A stretch of DNA of 64,000 bases from an uncultured Coriobacteriia bacterium (GCA_963751505.1 CAVVUM010000013.1:4053-68052); one strand, 5' to 3'. Shown: positions 43,308 to 56,376, counted from the first letter of the stretch. Translations and numbers: made by a program. The notes: generated from the letters alone by a model not told the origin.

Positions 43308-46123
43308 ATGGGACTGAGCCGGCGAGTAAGCGTCTACGTCGCGGTCGTGATGGCCGTGCTGTCGGTCGTCCTCGTTGCTGCCGGAGCGCTTGCCCTGCTC
43401 TCCAACGCCGCGCGCACCGATCGGACCGGCGCGGTCGACGAGAGCGTGCGGGCTCAGCTCGCCATCAACGATCGCCTCGATTCGCTCACTGCCAACGCAG
43501 TGGACTGGTCGATGTGGGACGCCACCTACGACCTGATGGGCGGGGAGAATCCCGGGTACTTCGAGGCGAACGTCCCGGAGGAGTCCTTCGCCAACCTCGG
43601 CGTGAACGTGCTCGCATTCTACGATGGATCGGGCCAGCTCGAACACGTGAGGAGCCGGGCCCTGCCCTCAGGTGAGTCGACGACAGTCCCCGGGCTCGAG
43701 CGGCTGCTGCGCACCTACCCAGGACTCAACCTGGTGCGGACCGGCCAGCCCTCCGCCGCCGGAGTGCTGCGGCTTCCCCGGGGCAATCTGATGATGACCG
43801 CGGCCGGGCCGATCCTCCCGTCGGACCAGAGCGGGCCGATGCGCGGCACGCTGGTGATGGGACGCCTGCTGGACGCGGGCGAGATCGCCTCGATCTCGAA
43901 GCGCACGCAACTGCCGCTCTCGCTCTCGCCGATCTCGGCGAACTCCGATCCGACCGAACCCCGGGTGGAGACCACGCGCGACAGCATCATCGTGTCCCGA
44001 CCGCTCGTGGGAGTCTCGGGACGCTCGCTCGTGGACCTGAACGTCACCAAGCCACGGGCGGCGTGGACGAGCGCGAGCACGACGCTCTTCCATCTCGCCC
44101 TGGCGTTCGCCCTGCTCAGCTTCGTGACGACGTTCGTCATGCGCCGCGGCGTGAGCAAGCTCGTCATCGAACGAATCCTCGTGCTCAACGCGGCTGTCGG
44201 ACGTATCCGGGTGTCCGGGATCCGGGAGCCTCTTGCGCTCCGCGGCGACGATGAGCTGTCGTCGCTCGCCAGGAACGTCGACGATCTCGTGTCGGATCTC
44301 GACGCCGCCAAGGTCGAGGTCGAGACCGCGCGCGACGAGCTCGAGCTGCGAGTCGAGGAGCGCACGGCCGAGCTTGAGCGCGCCGTGGCAGATCTCAAGG
44401 CCCAGATCTCCCGCCGAGAAGTCGCAGAGGCGGCATGGGCGTCATCGGAGCAGCAGTACCAGACGCTCATCGAGAACCTATCGGACGTGGTGTTCACGAT
44501 GAGCCCCGACCTCACCCTGCGCTTCGTCAGCTCAGCGGTGCAGGCGATGTTCGGCACGACGGCCGACGGCGTGGTGGGCTGCCCGCTCACCGTCCTCGTC
44601 GGCGAGAAGGCCGGCAAGCTCGTGCGCCGGCGCATCCGCCGCGGAATCACCGCCGAGGGCGCGCACCTCGCTATCGACTCGTGCGTGTCGGCGGGTGGGG
44701 CCCTCGATCTCGAGCTCGTGCTGACCCCTCTGCGTGAGGGCAGGGGCTACCAGGGAATCCTTCGCGACATCACCGCGCGGCGCCGTCACGAGAACGAGCT
44801 GCTCCACATGGCAAGCCACGACTTCCTCACGGGGCTGTGGAACCGCCGGCGTTTCGAGGACGAGCTCTCCCGCGAGCTGGTCGACATCGGCCGCGGAGGA
44901 CGTCCGGGCGCGGTGCTCTGGCTCGACCTCGACCGGTTCAAGGACGTCAACGACACCCTCGGCCACAAGGCCGGAGACGAACTGCTCACCGCGATCGCGC
45001 GGCGTCTCAGCGAGTCGGTGCGCGCCGACAGTATCGTCGCTCGCTTGGGCGGCGACGAGTTCGCGGTGCTGCTACCCGGTGCCGATCGCGAGGCCGCCAC
45101 GAACGCTGCCGAGCGACTCGCACGCGAGGTCGGCTCGGTTCGCGTCGACATCGACGGCCAGGCCGTGCGGGCTTCGACGAGCCTCGGCGTGGTGCTCTAC
45201 CCCGACCACGGCACCGAGGTGGAGGAGCTGCTCGCGCGTGCGGACGTGGCGATGTACCGCGCCAAGGAGCTCGGCCGTTCCCGCTACGTGGTGTTCGACC
45301 CTTCCGTCGAGTGGAAGGACGACATCGAGAACCGCCGGGTATGGACCGAGATGGTCGAGCTGGCGCTCAGCGAAGGTGGACTCGTTGCGTACGCCCAGCC
45401 GATCCACGACGTCGTGTCAGCGGCCGCATCGTCTCCTACGAGCTGCTCGTGCGCATGCTCGACTTCGAGGGCTCGCCCATCCTGCCGGCCCACTTCCTCC
45501 CGGTCGCCGAGCGCACCGGGATGATCGTCGACATCGACCTGTGGATGCTCAAGCAGGCCGTCACGATGATCAAGGCTACCCCCGCCGAGGACTTCCGGCT
45601 GAACGTGAACGCGTCCGCCCGGACGCTGAACGACCGTCGCTTCCTCGAGACGCTGACAGAGCTCATCAGCGAGTCCGGCATCGACGCGGCCCGCCTCGCT
45701 ATCGAGATCACGGAGACGGCGATCATCGTCGACGTCGCTACGGTGAGTGACACGCTCCACCGCATCAAGGACATCGGCTGCCGCGTCGCGCTCGACGACT
45801 TCGGCTCCGGATTCACGTCGTTCCTCCACCTCAAGCAGCTTCCGGTCGACGACATCAAGATCGACGGGAGCTTCGTGCGCAACGTCGACGCCAGCTGCGA
45901 CGACCAGCACCTGGTGAAGGCGATGGTCGAGATGGCCAAGGGACTCAACATGCAGACCACCGCCGAGTTCGTGGAGTCCCAGGCAAGCCTCGAGATGCTG
46001 CGTGGCTTCGGCGTCGAGATGGTCCAGGGCTACGCGATCGGCAGGCCGGGCCCCGCGCGCGACGTCATCGGCGTCGCAGTCATCGAGGACCTCGACGTCA
46101 CCGGGATGAGCGCGATCGCCTGA
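43308..46123 (+). CDS. CHASE4-HAMP-PAS-GGDEF-EAL protein, frameshifted near 45420
   Basis: DWSMWDATY (CHASE4), GDDELSSLA (HAMP), PAS ending RDIT, HDFLTGLWNRR, GGDEF, YAQPI/YELLVR, IEITE, DDFGSG and IKID. Confidence 0.92.
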
Positions 46124-46141
46124 GACGACGACCTCGCGCGA

Positions 46142-47001
46142 TCAGCCCTCGCGCAGTCGGTAGTTCGCGACCGCCACAGAGACCGTGACGGCAAGCGGAT
46201 CTGGGAGCGCGCGTACTCTCACGTCGAGTTCCTCGACCGAGATGTGGCGCGAGCTCGGACCCATCGCCACCAGGTCGGCGAGCGCGGCCCGATCCAGCGA
46301 GGCCGCGTAGACGACCGGGCTCACCGACAAGCGTTCGAAGCGAGGGGACAGCGCGGCATCGAGGCGCGCGTCCTTGTCCGCATCCACCGAGATCAGCCCC
46401 AGAGCGTCGACCGCCTCGGCAAGGTGCTCCGGCGCAGGCGTGACCACGACGAGCTCGCCATCGGGCGCCAGCACGCGCGCGATCTCGTCGGCGTTGCGCG
46501 GCGCGAAGACATCGAGCACCACCGTGGCGGTGTCGCTTCGCACCGGAAGCCCGCCCCAGGTGTCGCAGACCGCCGAGAGGGCTCGAGGGTGGGCGCGAGC
46601 GGCACGACGGGCGGCGTGCTTCGAGAGATCCAGCGCCAGGCCGATCGCGCCGGGCGCCGCGTCGAGCAGCGCCGCCAGGTAGTAGCCGGTGCCGGCGCCT
46701 GCGTCCACCACGACCGGCTGCTCGCTCGAAGCGAGCGGCGGCGACGCGATCTCGGCGACCTTCTCGGCGATAGGAGCGAAGTGGCCGCCGCCGAGGAAAC
46801 GCGCGCGGGCCGCGACCATCTCCGCCGTGTCCGCGGTGCCGGTCTTGGCGTCGCCCGGGAGCAGGTTCACGTAGCCGTGACGCGCGACGTCGAAGCTGTG
46901 CCCCTGCTCGCAGATCAGCGCGGCGCCCATCTGGGCCAGCTCGCGGCCCGGCAGAACGGACACGCGAGCAACTCGACGGCCTCGGAGAGCACTCGCCTCA
47001 C
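46142..47001 (-). CDS. RlmA-like 23S rRNA m1G methyltransferase, frameshifted near the start
   Basis: CPFC...CEQGHSFDVARHGYVNLL zinc finger, ARARFL, DAGAGTGYY, VFAPRN and MGPS. Confidence 0.85.
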
Positions 47002-47183
47002 ACCACCTTTCGGCTCAGGCGCCGGAGCGCCGTCGCCGGCGCGCACCCGCAGCGTTCGGTCACGCAGCGCTGGACGCCATCCACCCCTGTCGTCGTATCA
47101 TGCGTGGCAGGGAGGCGGCGCTACGCGTCGAACAGGTAGGAAAGCGCCGCAGGAGGGCGCTCGGCGATCTACGAGGGGGCGTC

Positions 47184-48024
47184 ATGGGTTTCACAACCTT
47201 CAACGTATGGCTGGATGTCGCGTTCACGATGCTCTATGTCTTCGTCGTGCTGTTCCTTGGGTTCCACTTCTTCATGTTCATCGTGACGGGCAGGTTCCGT
47301 AAGTCGTTCATCGAGGGGAACTGGCCGGAGCACGACTCGCGTCCGCCGGCGACGCCCGAAGGTCCTGCACTTCATCCACATGACCTCGATGATAGGGCTG
47401 GCCATCACGGGGATGTATATCCGATTCCCGTTCTTCTACGGCGGCCGCGTTGCGATGCGAAACATCCACTACGTCCTGATGATCATCGTCACGGTCATCC
47501 TCGTTTGGCGAATCCTCTACGCCTTCATGTCCAAGAAGAACCCGAACGACTGGAAAGAGTTCGCGATCGGCGGCAAGGACATCGCCTCGGCGATCGGCGT
47601 GCTGAAGTACTACGGCTACATGAGCAACGACAAGCCGCACGTCGCCAAGTACAACGTCTTGCAGAAGATGTCCTACAACCTGTTCCTCTACATGATGTTC
47701 ATACAGGCGTTCACTGGATTCGCTCTCGTCACCACCCCGCTGCTCTTCGGCGCCAGCCCGCGCGACCTACTCGTAGGATGGTGGCTCGGGCCGCTCGCCG
47801 GAGGCACCGACCTCGCTGGCTGGGGAGTGCGCACGGTCCACTACATCTTCAACTGGCTGTTCATCATCATGTCCACGGTCCACCTCTACCTCGCGTTCTC
47901 CGTGGACATTCCATGCGCGCTCGACTTCTTCGGCCTCAAGAAGATGGAGGTCTATCCGAGCGCGCATGGCCACGGCGACGATCACGGCGCGCCGCAGGTG
48001 GTCGAGCCGGAGCCAGCCATCTAG
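47184..48024 (+). CDS. Di-heme cytochrome b (Ni/Fe-hydrogenase b-subunit-like), frameshifted near 47358
   Basis: LHFIH...AITG, RNIHY, KYNVLQK and RTVHY...TVHLY: conserved His ligands in TM helices. Confidence 0.8.
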
Positions 48025-48061
48025 CTACGCGCCGACGCTAGAGCGCGGGGAGCACCGCGGC

Positions 48062-49194
48062 TCAGCTGGCCAGGAACCGCTCCACGAAGCGCTCAGCCGC
48101 GTGCCCGTCATCTCTCGCGCTGTGCTTGGCGATGAAGGCGTCGTAGGCCGCCAGGTCGTACTCGGCCGCGCTCAAGGACCCGCGCGACGTCGTCGGTGCT
48201 CCAGGCAAGCTCACCCACCATCTGGGTACGCAAGATCGACGTAGAGACCAGGGTCGCGCTCGTACTCCTCGAGATCGGAGACGAGCAGGATCAGGGGCAT
48301 GCGCAGCAGCACCCACTCGAAGACGGACGAAGAGTAGTCGGTCACGAATACGTCGGCAACCGTGAAGAGGTCGTTGATCTCGACCTCGTCGCCGATGACG
48401 GCGTCGTAGCCTGCGTTGTCGACATCGGACGCGGCGAAGACCGGGTGCGTCTTGTGCACGAGCGCCCAGTCGGCCGGCAGCCGATGCGCGCAGTGCCCGC
48501 GCGTCCAGCTGCTCGCCGGGCGCCTTCGTCGGTGCCGTGACCCCGGAAGGTGGGTGCGTAGAGCACGACGGTGCGACCCCGCAGCTGCGGGTAGCGCGCC
48601 AGGACGCGTTCGCGAGTCGCCGCCATCGCCTGCGCGTCGAAGAAGAAGTCGGAGCGGGGCATGCCGAGCGGGCAGCACCCGATCGATGTCGGTGCGCAGC
48701 GCCGAGGCGAACGAGGCGCGCGCCGACTCGGAGCTCACCACGACGTAGTCGTAGTGCTTGTGCAGGAAGCGATTCTCGGTCTTGCGGTTCGGGCGGCGCG
48801 GTATCGAGCCCGAACTTCTTCAGCGCTCCACCTGCGTGCCAAACCTGCACGACCGTCGTACCTTTGCGGTGGGGTCCGAGATGCACTGGCAGGTATGCGT
48901 TGTCGATCACGAACAACCGCGCGGTCGCGAGGTGGTAGCACCCGCGCATGAGCCGCCAAAGGTAGCGCACCTTGCCGGCAAACGAGTAGGAGTAGCGGTC
49001 AAGCAGCAGGACGATCGTGGGCCTCGGGGCGGGTGCGCACCAGCTCGTCGCGGACGGCCAGCAGGTTCCCCTCAAGCCGTCCGGACCGCGCGGAAGCAAG
49101 CACGACCTTGTCGGCACGGATCGGCAGCAGCGTGCAGATCAGGTACCAGGTGCGGAGCACGAGAGCCGAGCAGAACGTACTCGATCCGGCTCAT
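48062..49194 (-). CDS. CDP-glycerol/ribitol glycerophosphotransferase (TagB/TagF family), frameshifted
   Basis: VQVWHAGGALKKFG, PRSD, LYAPTFRG, KTHP and VTDYSS. Confidence 0.88.
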
Positions 49195-49904
49195 CGCCGA
49201 TGCTGGGGCAGCTGCCTCACGATGATGTTCTGGCCATCCAGGCAGCTCTCCGAGTCGTCGATCAGCATCGCAATGACATCGGCGACGTCGCTCGGCTGCA
49301 TGATCGTCGAAGGGTCCTCCTCGGGCGCGAGCTTGCGCCGGAGTTCCGTGGCGCACCGCCCAGGCGATATCGCGTAGACCTTGATCTTGTACTCGGCGAG
49401 TTCGTCGGCGAGCGTCTGAGAGATCGCAACGACCGCCGCCTTGGACGACGCGTACGCGAGCCACCCAGGGCGTGGCGTGACACCGGCGGTCGAAGCGACG
49501 TTGACGATCTTGGACGGCCGGTTGCGCATGTACTTCACGCACTCACGCGTCATCACGATGAGCGAGAAGACGTTCACCATGTAGGTCGTCTTGACGTTGT
49601 CGTTCGTGGTGTCGAGCAGCGCGTTCGGCTCGGCGTAGCCAGCGATGTTGAGCAGCGCGTCGATGGCGCCGAACTCCTCGTGGACGTCCCTGACGAGCGC
49701 CTCGATCCCCTCAAGATCTGAGAGGTCGTAGGGAACCAGCTTCACGTTGGTCCCCTCGTGGTTCATAGCGGCCGCCGTCTGCTGAAGGCCGGCCTCGCTG
49801 CGCGCGACGAGCACGATGTTGCCGACGTCGGGTTCCTGGCTCAGCCGGATGGCGGCGGCCCGGCCGATACCCTGGCTGGCGCCCGTGATGATGCACGTCT
49901 TCAT
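49191..49904 (-). CDS. SDR oxidoreductase (putative ribulose-5-phosphate reductase)
   Basis: TGASQGIG, NIAG, VAS and YASSK; translationally coupled to the cytidylyltransferase gene. Confidence 0.85.
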   Translation of the reverse strand: MKTCIITGASQGIGRAAAIRLSQEPDVGNIVLVARSEAGLQQTAAAMNHEGTNVKLVPYDLSDLEGIEALVRDVHEEFGAIDALLNIAGYAEPNALLDTTNDNVKTTYMVNVFSLIVMTRECVKYMRNRPSKIVNVASTAGVTPRPGWLAYASSKAAVVAISQTLADELAEYKIKVYAISPGRCATELRRKLAPEEDPSTIMQPSDVADVIAMLIDDSESCLDGQNIIVRQLPQHRR

Positions 49905-50599
49905 TACTGCTGGGCCCTCCCAAGGATGAACTCGTAGTAGATCGCCTCGCCGACGATCAGGTCGACCGGATCGGTGATCTTGATGTTTCGCTCTGAGCCC
50001 TTGAGGATGTGCACCGGCTCGCCGAGGTAGTCGAAGAACATGCTCGCGTCCTCGGTGTAGTCGGTCTTGCCATCAGCAAGCGCTCGCTCGTGCGCTTCCA
50101 CGAGCTTCCGGTAGTCGAACTTCTGCGGGAGCTGAACGTTGACCAGCCGCGCGCGCTCGAACGTCTCCTCAACCACATCTCCGCCGGCCACCACGGTGAA
50201 CGGAATCGGCGCGCCGTAGAGCACGTTGTCGAACTCACAATCGATGAGGCCGCGGTACTCCTCGGCGGTCACGAACGGGCGCACGGCCTCATGAATGACC
50301 ACGCGGTCGAAACCATCGAGCGCCTTGAGGCCCTTGTAGACGGACTCTTGCCGGGTCTCGCCGCCTTCGATGCACGCGAAACGCGATCCGAGATTGCGGT
50401 GACGCAGGAGTCGCTCCATCTCGTCCACGTACTGCTTCGGGCAGGTGATGACGACCGACTCCAGGTCGTGTAGCTGCTCGGTCTTCTCGAGCACGTGAGC
50501 GATAATCGGCTTCCCCGCGAGCAGGATGAACTGCTTGGGAATCGGCTTGCCCATGCGGACACCGACGCCGCCGGCCAGAATGATCATTCCGGTACGCAT
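49904..50599 (-). CDS. tarI: IspD/TarI-family cytidylyltransferase
   Basis: LAGGVGVRM...PKQF, GGETRQES, IHEAVRPF, QLPQ, TEDA and NIKIT. The HEA variant and gene context favour TarI over IspD. Confidence 0.8.
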   Translation of the reverse strand: MRTGMIILAGGVGVRMGKPIPKQFILLAGKPIIAHVLEKTEQLHDLESVVITCPKQYVDEMERLLRHRNLGSRFACIEGGETRQESVYKGLKALDGFDRVVIHEAVRPFVTAEEYRGLIDCEFDNVLYGAPIPFTVVAGGDVVEETFERARLVNVQLPQKFDYRKLVEAHERALADGKTDYTEDASMFFDYLGEPVHILKGSERNIKITDPVDLIVGEAIYYEFILGRAQQ

Positions 50600-50822
50600 C
50601 AATCGCACCTCACAAAACGGTCGTCTCCTCGAGCCGATGGGCGAACCTCGTTCGGCCGAACCCAAGCGCTCCCTGTCACAGAATAGCCGATAGCGCGGGC
50701 GCGCTGAGAAACGAAGAGGCAACGACACGGCGGCGCGGTTTCACAACCTCGGGCCGTTGCGGGATGATGCTGGCGCGCGCGCAAGTGCGCTGCTTTGGTG
50801 TGCCACCGGTAAGGGAGAGCGT

Positions 50823-52437
50823 TTGTACCAGTTCGTCGTCGAGTCGCTTCAGTGGGAGCGCATCGAACTCATCGTCTGCGGACGTGTCGAGGACTTGGAC
50901 GCGCCGGAAGCACGGCGTCTCGGAACAGATCTACCTCGAAGACGACCGCACGCTCGATTCGGTGCCCGTCCCCGCGCCGGAGATCGAAGGCGACCGCTTC
51001 ACGCTGCGCTTCAAGATCATGCAGGCCGTCGACCTCTATCCGCTCGTCACGGGCGACTGGTACTTCGTCGTCAAGGACGCCGAGGGGGCGAGCGTGCCCT
51101 GCGCCCGTCTGGCCCCTGAACTTCTCCTGCGACATCGCCGACTGGGGCGGGTTCTTCACCACGCCGAACTGGCGCTATTGGGTCGCGCCCGCAGTCAGCG
51201 AGGAGACCGGGGGCTTCGGCCTATCCGTGACCTACGGGCGAGCCGCAGCACGTCAGGACCTGACGCGAGGTGAGCGTTTCGCGGTCAAGTCCCGCAGCCG
51301 CATGCGGCGGATGCGCGAAGTCGCTGTTCGTCGGGCTGTTCAACCTCGCGCGCGACCTGGTGCCGAAGAACGGCAAGCGCATGCTATTCACTTCGGACTC
51401 GCGCGAGGACCTGTCGGGCAATCTCGAGACGATCCACACCCGCATGCTCGAACGCGGCCTGGACCAGCAGTTCGACATATACATGTCCTTCAAGCCGAGT
51501 ATCCACGACCGTCGCGGGCTGCTCGACAAGTTCCGCTTCACCTACTACCTCGGCATAGCCGACGTCATCGTCGTCGATGATTTCCACCCGATGATCTACA
51601 AGGTGGGGTTCTCGCCCGGCGTGAAGATCGTGCAGGTCTGGCACGCGTCAGGCGCGTTCAAGACAGTCGGTTACAGCCGCATCGGCAAGCCGGGTGGCCC
51701 GAACCCGTTCTCGCGATCGCACAAGGCCTACACGCACGCGATAGTGAGCTCCGAGCACGATCGGCGCTTCTACTCCGAGGCGTTCGGCATCCGCGTGGAG
51801 AACGTGATCCCCACCGGCATCCCCCGTATGGACCTGTTCTTCGACAGCGGAGTACAAGGCGCGGGCTCGATGGAGCTCGTGCACGAGTCGATACCCGAAA
51901 CGATCGGCCGGAAGGTGATCTTGTTCGCGCCGACGTTTCGCGGCACCGGCCCAGCGAACGCCTACTACGACTACGACCTGCTGGACTATGCGCGCGCTTC
52001 ACCAGCTGTGCGAGGAACGGGACGCGGTCGTGCTCATCAAGATGCACCCCTTCGTCATCGAACCCCCGCAGATCCCCGAGGCCTACACCGACCGGCTCAT
52101 ATGCGCGACCGACCGGCGCGAGATCAACGAGTTGCTGCTCGTGAGCGACGTCGTCGTCACCGACTACTCTTCGCTCGTCTTCGAGTACTCGACTCTCGGC
52201 CGACCGATGGTCTTCTTCGCCTACGACCTCGAGGAGTACATCTCGACCCGGGACTTCTACGAGCCGTTCGAGAGTTCGTACCCGGCCGCATCGTGCGCAC
52301 CTTCGACGAGCTGCTCGGACGCGCTGCGCAACGAGGAGTACGAGATCGAGAAGGTGGCGCCTTTTGCCGAGCGCCATGTGAGCCATCTCGACGCCAGCTC
52401 GACCGACCGCGTGATCGACCTTCTCATCGGGGAATGA
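50823..52437 (+). CDS. TarL/TagF-like CDP-alditol phosphotransferase with N-terminal extension, frameshifted
   Basis: QWERIEL N-terminus, FTSDSR, QVWHASGAFKTVG, GIPRMD, FAPTFRG, KMHPF and TDYSS. TTG start with GGAG RBS. Confidence 0.85.
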
Positions 52438-52438
52438 G

Positions 52439-53629
52439 ATGAGCGCGGCGGTCATCAGGGTCGCGCATCTGGGTCCTTCGGGTGGCGTACGCCGTCTGCC
52501 GCCCGCTGCCGGTGCGCGACCGCGTGGTCTTCGCCTCCTCGAGCGCCGGCGCGCTGCGCGGGAACCTTGCGGCGCTGCACGCCGAGCTCGAGCGACGCGG
52601 CCTCAGCGACCGGACAGTGCTGCTGCTGCACGAGCCCCGGCGAGGACTCTGGGGCCGGCTCTCGATGCTGGCTTTCGCGGTTCGAGCCGAGTACTACCTC
52701 GCCACCTCGCGCGTGCTCGTGCTCGACGACTACTTCTTCCCCCTCTACGTCATCGCGCCGAAGCCGGAACTGACCGTCATCCAGACCTGGCACGCCTCGG
52801 GTGCGTTCAAGAAGATCGGCTACAGCGTGGTCGACAAGGAGTTCGGCGCCAGCCCAGAGCTCGTCAAGACTCGTCCGCATCCACTCGAACTACGACTACT
52901 GCCTCATGGGTTCCGCCGAGTCGGTCCCGTTCTACGCCGAAGCGTTCGGGACACCCGCCGAGCGGTTCGTGACGATCGGCATCCCGCGCACCGACATCTT
53001 CTCCGATGTCGACCGCGCCAGGCGAGCGCGCGACCAAGTCCGCGCCCGGTACGGCCTGCCTGATGACCGCCGAGTCGTGCTCTACGCGCCGACGTTCCGA
53101 GGCCGTCGGCGCAGCGAGGCCTCGGCTCCGACCGACCTCGACCTGCGACTCCTCAAGGAGCGCTGCGAAGATCGCTACGTCGTGCTGCTTGCGGCTGCAT
53201 CCCTTCGTCGCCGAATCCCGCCCGAGCGAGCCGGCGCTCGACGGATTCGTCTTCGATGCGTCGGCCCATCCGGACTTCAACGAGCTGCTGCTCGCAAGCG
53301 ACCTGCTCGTTACCGACTACTCGAGCGCCGTGTTCGAGTACTCTCTTCTCGGCAGACCGATGGTGTTCTTCGCGCCGGACTATGAGGCCTACCAGCAAGA
53401 GCGAGGGTTCTACCACGACTACCGCAGCTGGGTACCTGGGCCAGTGTTCACCCACACCGAGGAGGTGGCGGACCATCTGATCGCCGGAGCGTTCGACGCC
53501 GAGAAGGTTGCCGAGTTCCGCCGCCGCTCGTTCATGGCAAGTGACGGGCACGCGAGCGAGCGTGTCGTCGATCAGCTGATACTGCCGAACCTCGAGGCCG
53601 AGCCGCAGCCAGCGGCGCAGGCAAGCTAG
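52439..53629 (+). CDS. CDP-glycerol glycerophosphotransferase (TagB/TagF family), frameshifted
   Basis: QTWHASGAFKKIG, GIPRTD, YAPTFRG, RLHPF, TDYSS and DGHASERV. Confidence 0.88.
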
Positions 53630-53647
53630 CCCACGGATTGGACTGAG

Positions 53648-56328
53648 ATGGCACCCACGCGCGCATGGCGGAGCCTGACGATGGTGGCGGCGGTGTTCGC
53701 CGTTGTCGTGCTGCTGCCGCTCGTCGTCGTCTTCGCGAGCCGCGTCTGGACCGACCTCGAGTGGTACAAGAGCCTCGGTCAGCAGAGCGTCTTCTACGTC
53801 CGAATCATCTCGAAGGCACTCGTCTTCGCCGCGGCGTCGGCCCTCGCGTTCGCGGTGCTCGCCATCAACGTCCGCGTAGCCTCAGACATCGTCGAACTCG
53901 GCCGCATCACCCGGCGGATCGCGATGGGGGCGGCCGGCGTTCTCGCCGTGCTCAGCGGAGCTGTCGCTGTCGAGCCAGTGGATGACGTTCCGGCTCGCGA
54001 TCGTGCAGTCGCCGTTCGGCGCGACCGACCCGGTCTTCGGCCGGGACGTCGGATTCTGGGTCTTCTCGCTTCCAGCGCTCGAGCTCTTGAGCACGTGGTA
54101 CAACGGACTCGTCGCGCTATCGTTCATCGTCGTGATGGCCATCGTGCTGCTGCCGGCACGGCCGGGTGTGTCCTCTGGCGTCAAGGGCAACTGGTGGCGG
54201 CTGAAATCGGTGCTCTTCGTGCTTGCCGGTTTCATCTCACTCTCGGCGGCGTTCAACTACTGGATCTCGATCTGGCAGACCGAGCTCACATCGTCGGGGC
54301 TCTTCGTCGGGGCCTCCTACACGGACGTCCACGCGCTCATCCCCGCTACCTGGGTGCTTGTCGCGCTCAGCGCGATCGTCGCGATCACCTTCTTCGCGAC
54401 CGCCCGCTCCCAGCACTGGAAGCTGGCCTCGAGCATGCTGGCGGTATGGCTGCTCGCCTCCATCGCGCTCGGCAACGCGTGGCCGACGCTCCTTCAGAAC
54501 TACCGCGTGTCGCCGAACGAGACGACGCTCGAACTCCCCTACCTCGCGAGCAACATCGAGATGACCCGCGACGCGTTCGACCTCGCCGCGGTACGAGGCA
54601 GCACCTATGCGGCGGAGGAATCGATCACCGCCGAGGCGGTACCCGCTGCGGTTCAGGAACTCTCTGAGGCTCGCATCTGGACCCCGACGACCGTCAAACA
54701 GTCCTACGACCAGCTGCAGACCATCAGGCCGTACTACCGCCTGTCGAAGATCGACACGGACCGCTACGACGTGAGCGAAGAGAAGCAGCAGGTGCTCGTC
54801 TCGGCGCGCGAGATGGACAGCTCGCAGCTACCTGACCGGGCCAAGACGTGGGTCAACCAGCACCTCGTCTACACACACGGCTACGGTATGGTCATCAGCT
54901 CGGCAAGCGGCGCCACCCAGCTCGGCTTCCCGGAGTTCCTCGTGGGCAACGTACCGCCCCAGGTCAACCCGCGGGTCGCCGAGGACTCGCCCGACCTGGA
55001 GACCACCCAGCCGCGCATCTACTACGGGCCGGGCACGAGCGACTACGTCATCGTCGACACGAAGATCGACGAGTTCGACTACCCTGCGGGCGCGAAGAAC
55101 GCCACGTGCCGCTACGAAGCCGATGCGGGTATCCCGATCAACACGTGGCTCGATCGGCTCGCGTGGGCGATCCGGCTCGGTTCGACCGACATGGTGTTCT
55201 CGGACTACCTCACCCAAGACAGCAAGATGCTCTTCAGCCGAGACGTGATGGGCCGCGTGAACAAGATCGCCCCCTGGCTTGAGTACGACGAGGCGCCCTA
55301 TCCCGCGCTCGTCGAGGGCCGCATCACCTGGATTCTCGACGGCTACACGTCGAGCAGGTACTACCCGTACTCCCAGCGGCTCGACAACGGCAAGAACTAC
55401 CTGCGCGACTCGGTGAAGGTGACCATCGACGCCCTCACCGGCGACACGACGTTCTACGCGTACGGTGACGATCCCGTGCGCGACGCGTGGGCAAAGATCT
55501 TCCCGACGGTGATCACGCCCGCCGACAAGACGCCTTCCGCCCTCGCCGAGCACTTCCGCTATCCCGCAGAAGATGTTCAGCGCGCAGACAGACATCTACC
55601 GCAGCTACCACATGACCGACCCGATGGTCTTCTACAACAAGGAGGACCAGTGGCAGATCCCCGGCTCCAGCGGCGACAAGCCGGTCAAGCCGACCTATCT
55701 CATGGTGGACCTCCCCGACTCGACTCCCGGTCGCGGCTTCTACTTGATGCAGCCGTACGCCCCCGCCAACCGGGACAACCTCATCGGCTGGATGGCCGCC
55801 GGATGCGACCCGAGCGACTACGGCAAGCAGACCGTCTACCTGCTGCCAAAGGAGCGCGTCACCCTCGGCGTGAAGCAGGTCCGGGCGCGCATCGAACAGG
55901 ATCCGATCATCTCGCCCCAACTGTCGCTCTGGGACCAGCGCGGCAGTGAGGTCCTGCTCGGCGAGATGGTGGTGCTGCCGGTCAAGGACACGATCGTGTA
56001 CATACAGCCCGTGTTCCTGCGCGCCGCAGAAAGCGCCATCACCGAGCTCGTGAGCGTCGTTGCCGTTCACGGCGACCGGATCGAAATGGGCGACACACTT
56101 TCACAAGCGCTCGAGAAGGCGTTCCGGCAAGGTACGGTTGAGGGCTCAGCCGGCGTGACTGGTGCGGCCGTGTCGAGTCCGACCGACAGGGCCGCGCTGC
56201 GCGCACGGGTCGACGAACTGCTCGGCAAGGTGTCCGGGAGCGCGGAAGCGAGCTCTGCAACGGACGCAAAGGATCTTCAGGAGCTGCGGGACTCGATCGA
56301 CACCCTGCTCGGAGGGCAGAGCAGGTAG
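53648..56328 (+). CDS. UPF0182 family membrane protein, frameshifted (about 53975 and 55570)
   Basis: TDLEWYKSLG, DPVFGRDVGF, GASYTD, NIEMTRDAF, HLVYTHGYG, PRIYYG, NYLRDSVK and YHMTDP..FY. Confidence 0.92.
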
Positions 56329-56376
56329 GCTGCAGGGGGCGGAGGCGAGACGGGGCCTCAAGAGGAAGGGGCTGGC

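Noticed and set aside
50676-50693. GCCGATAG upstream of the TarL-like gene as another sigma28 promoter
   Set aside because: There is no CTxxAG -35 element at 15-nt spacing, and it lies much farther from the start codon than the other instances.
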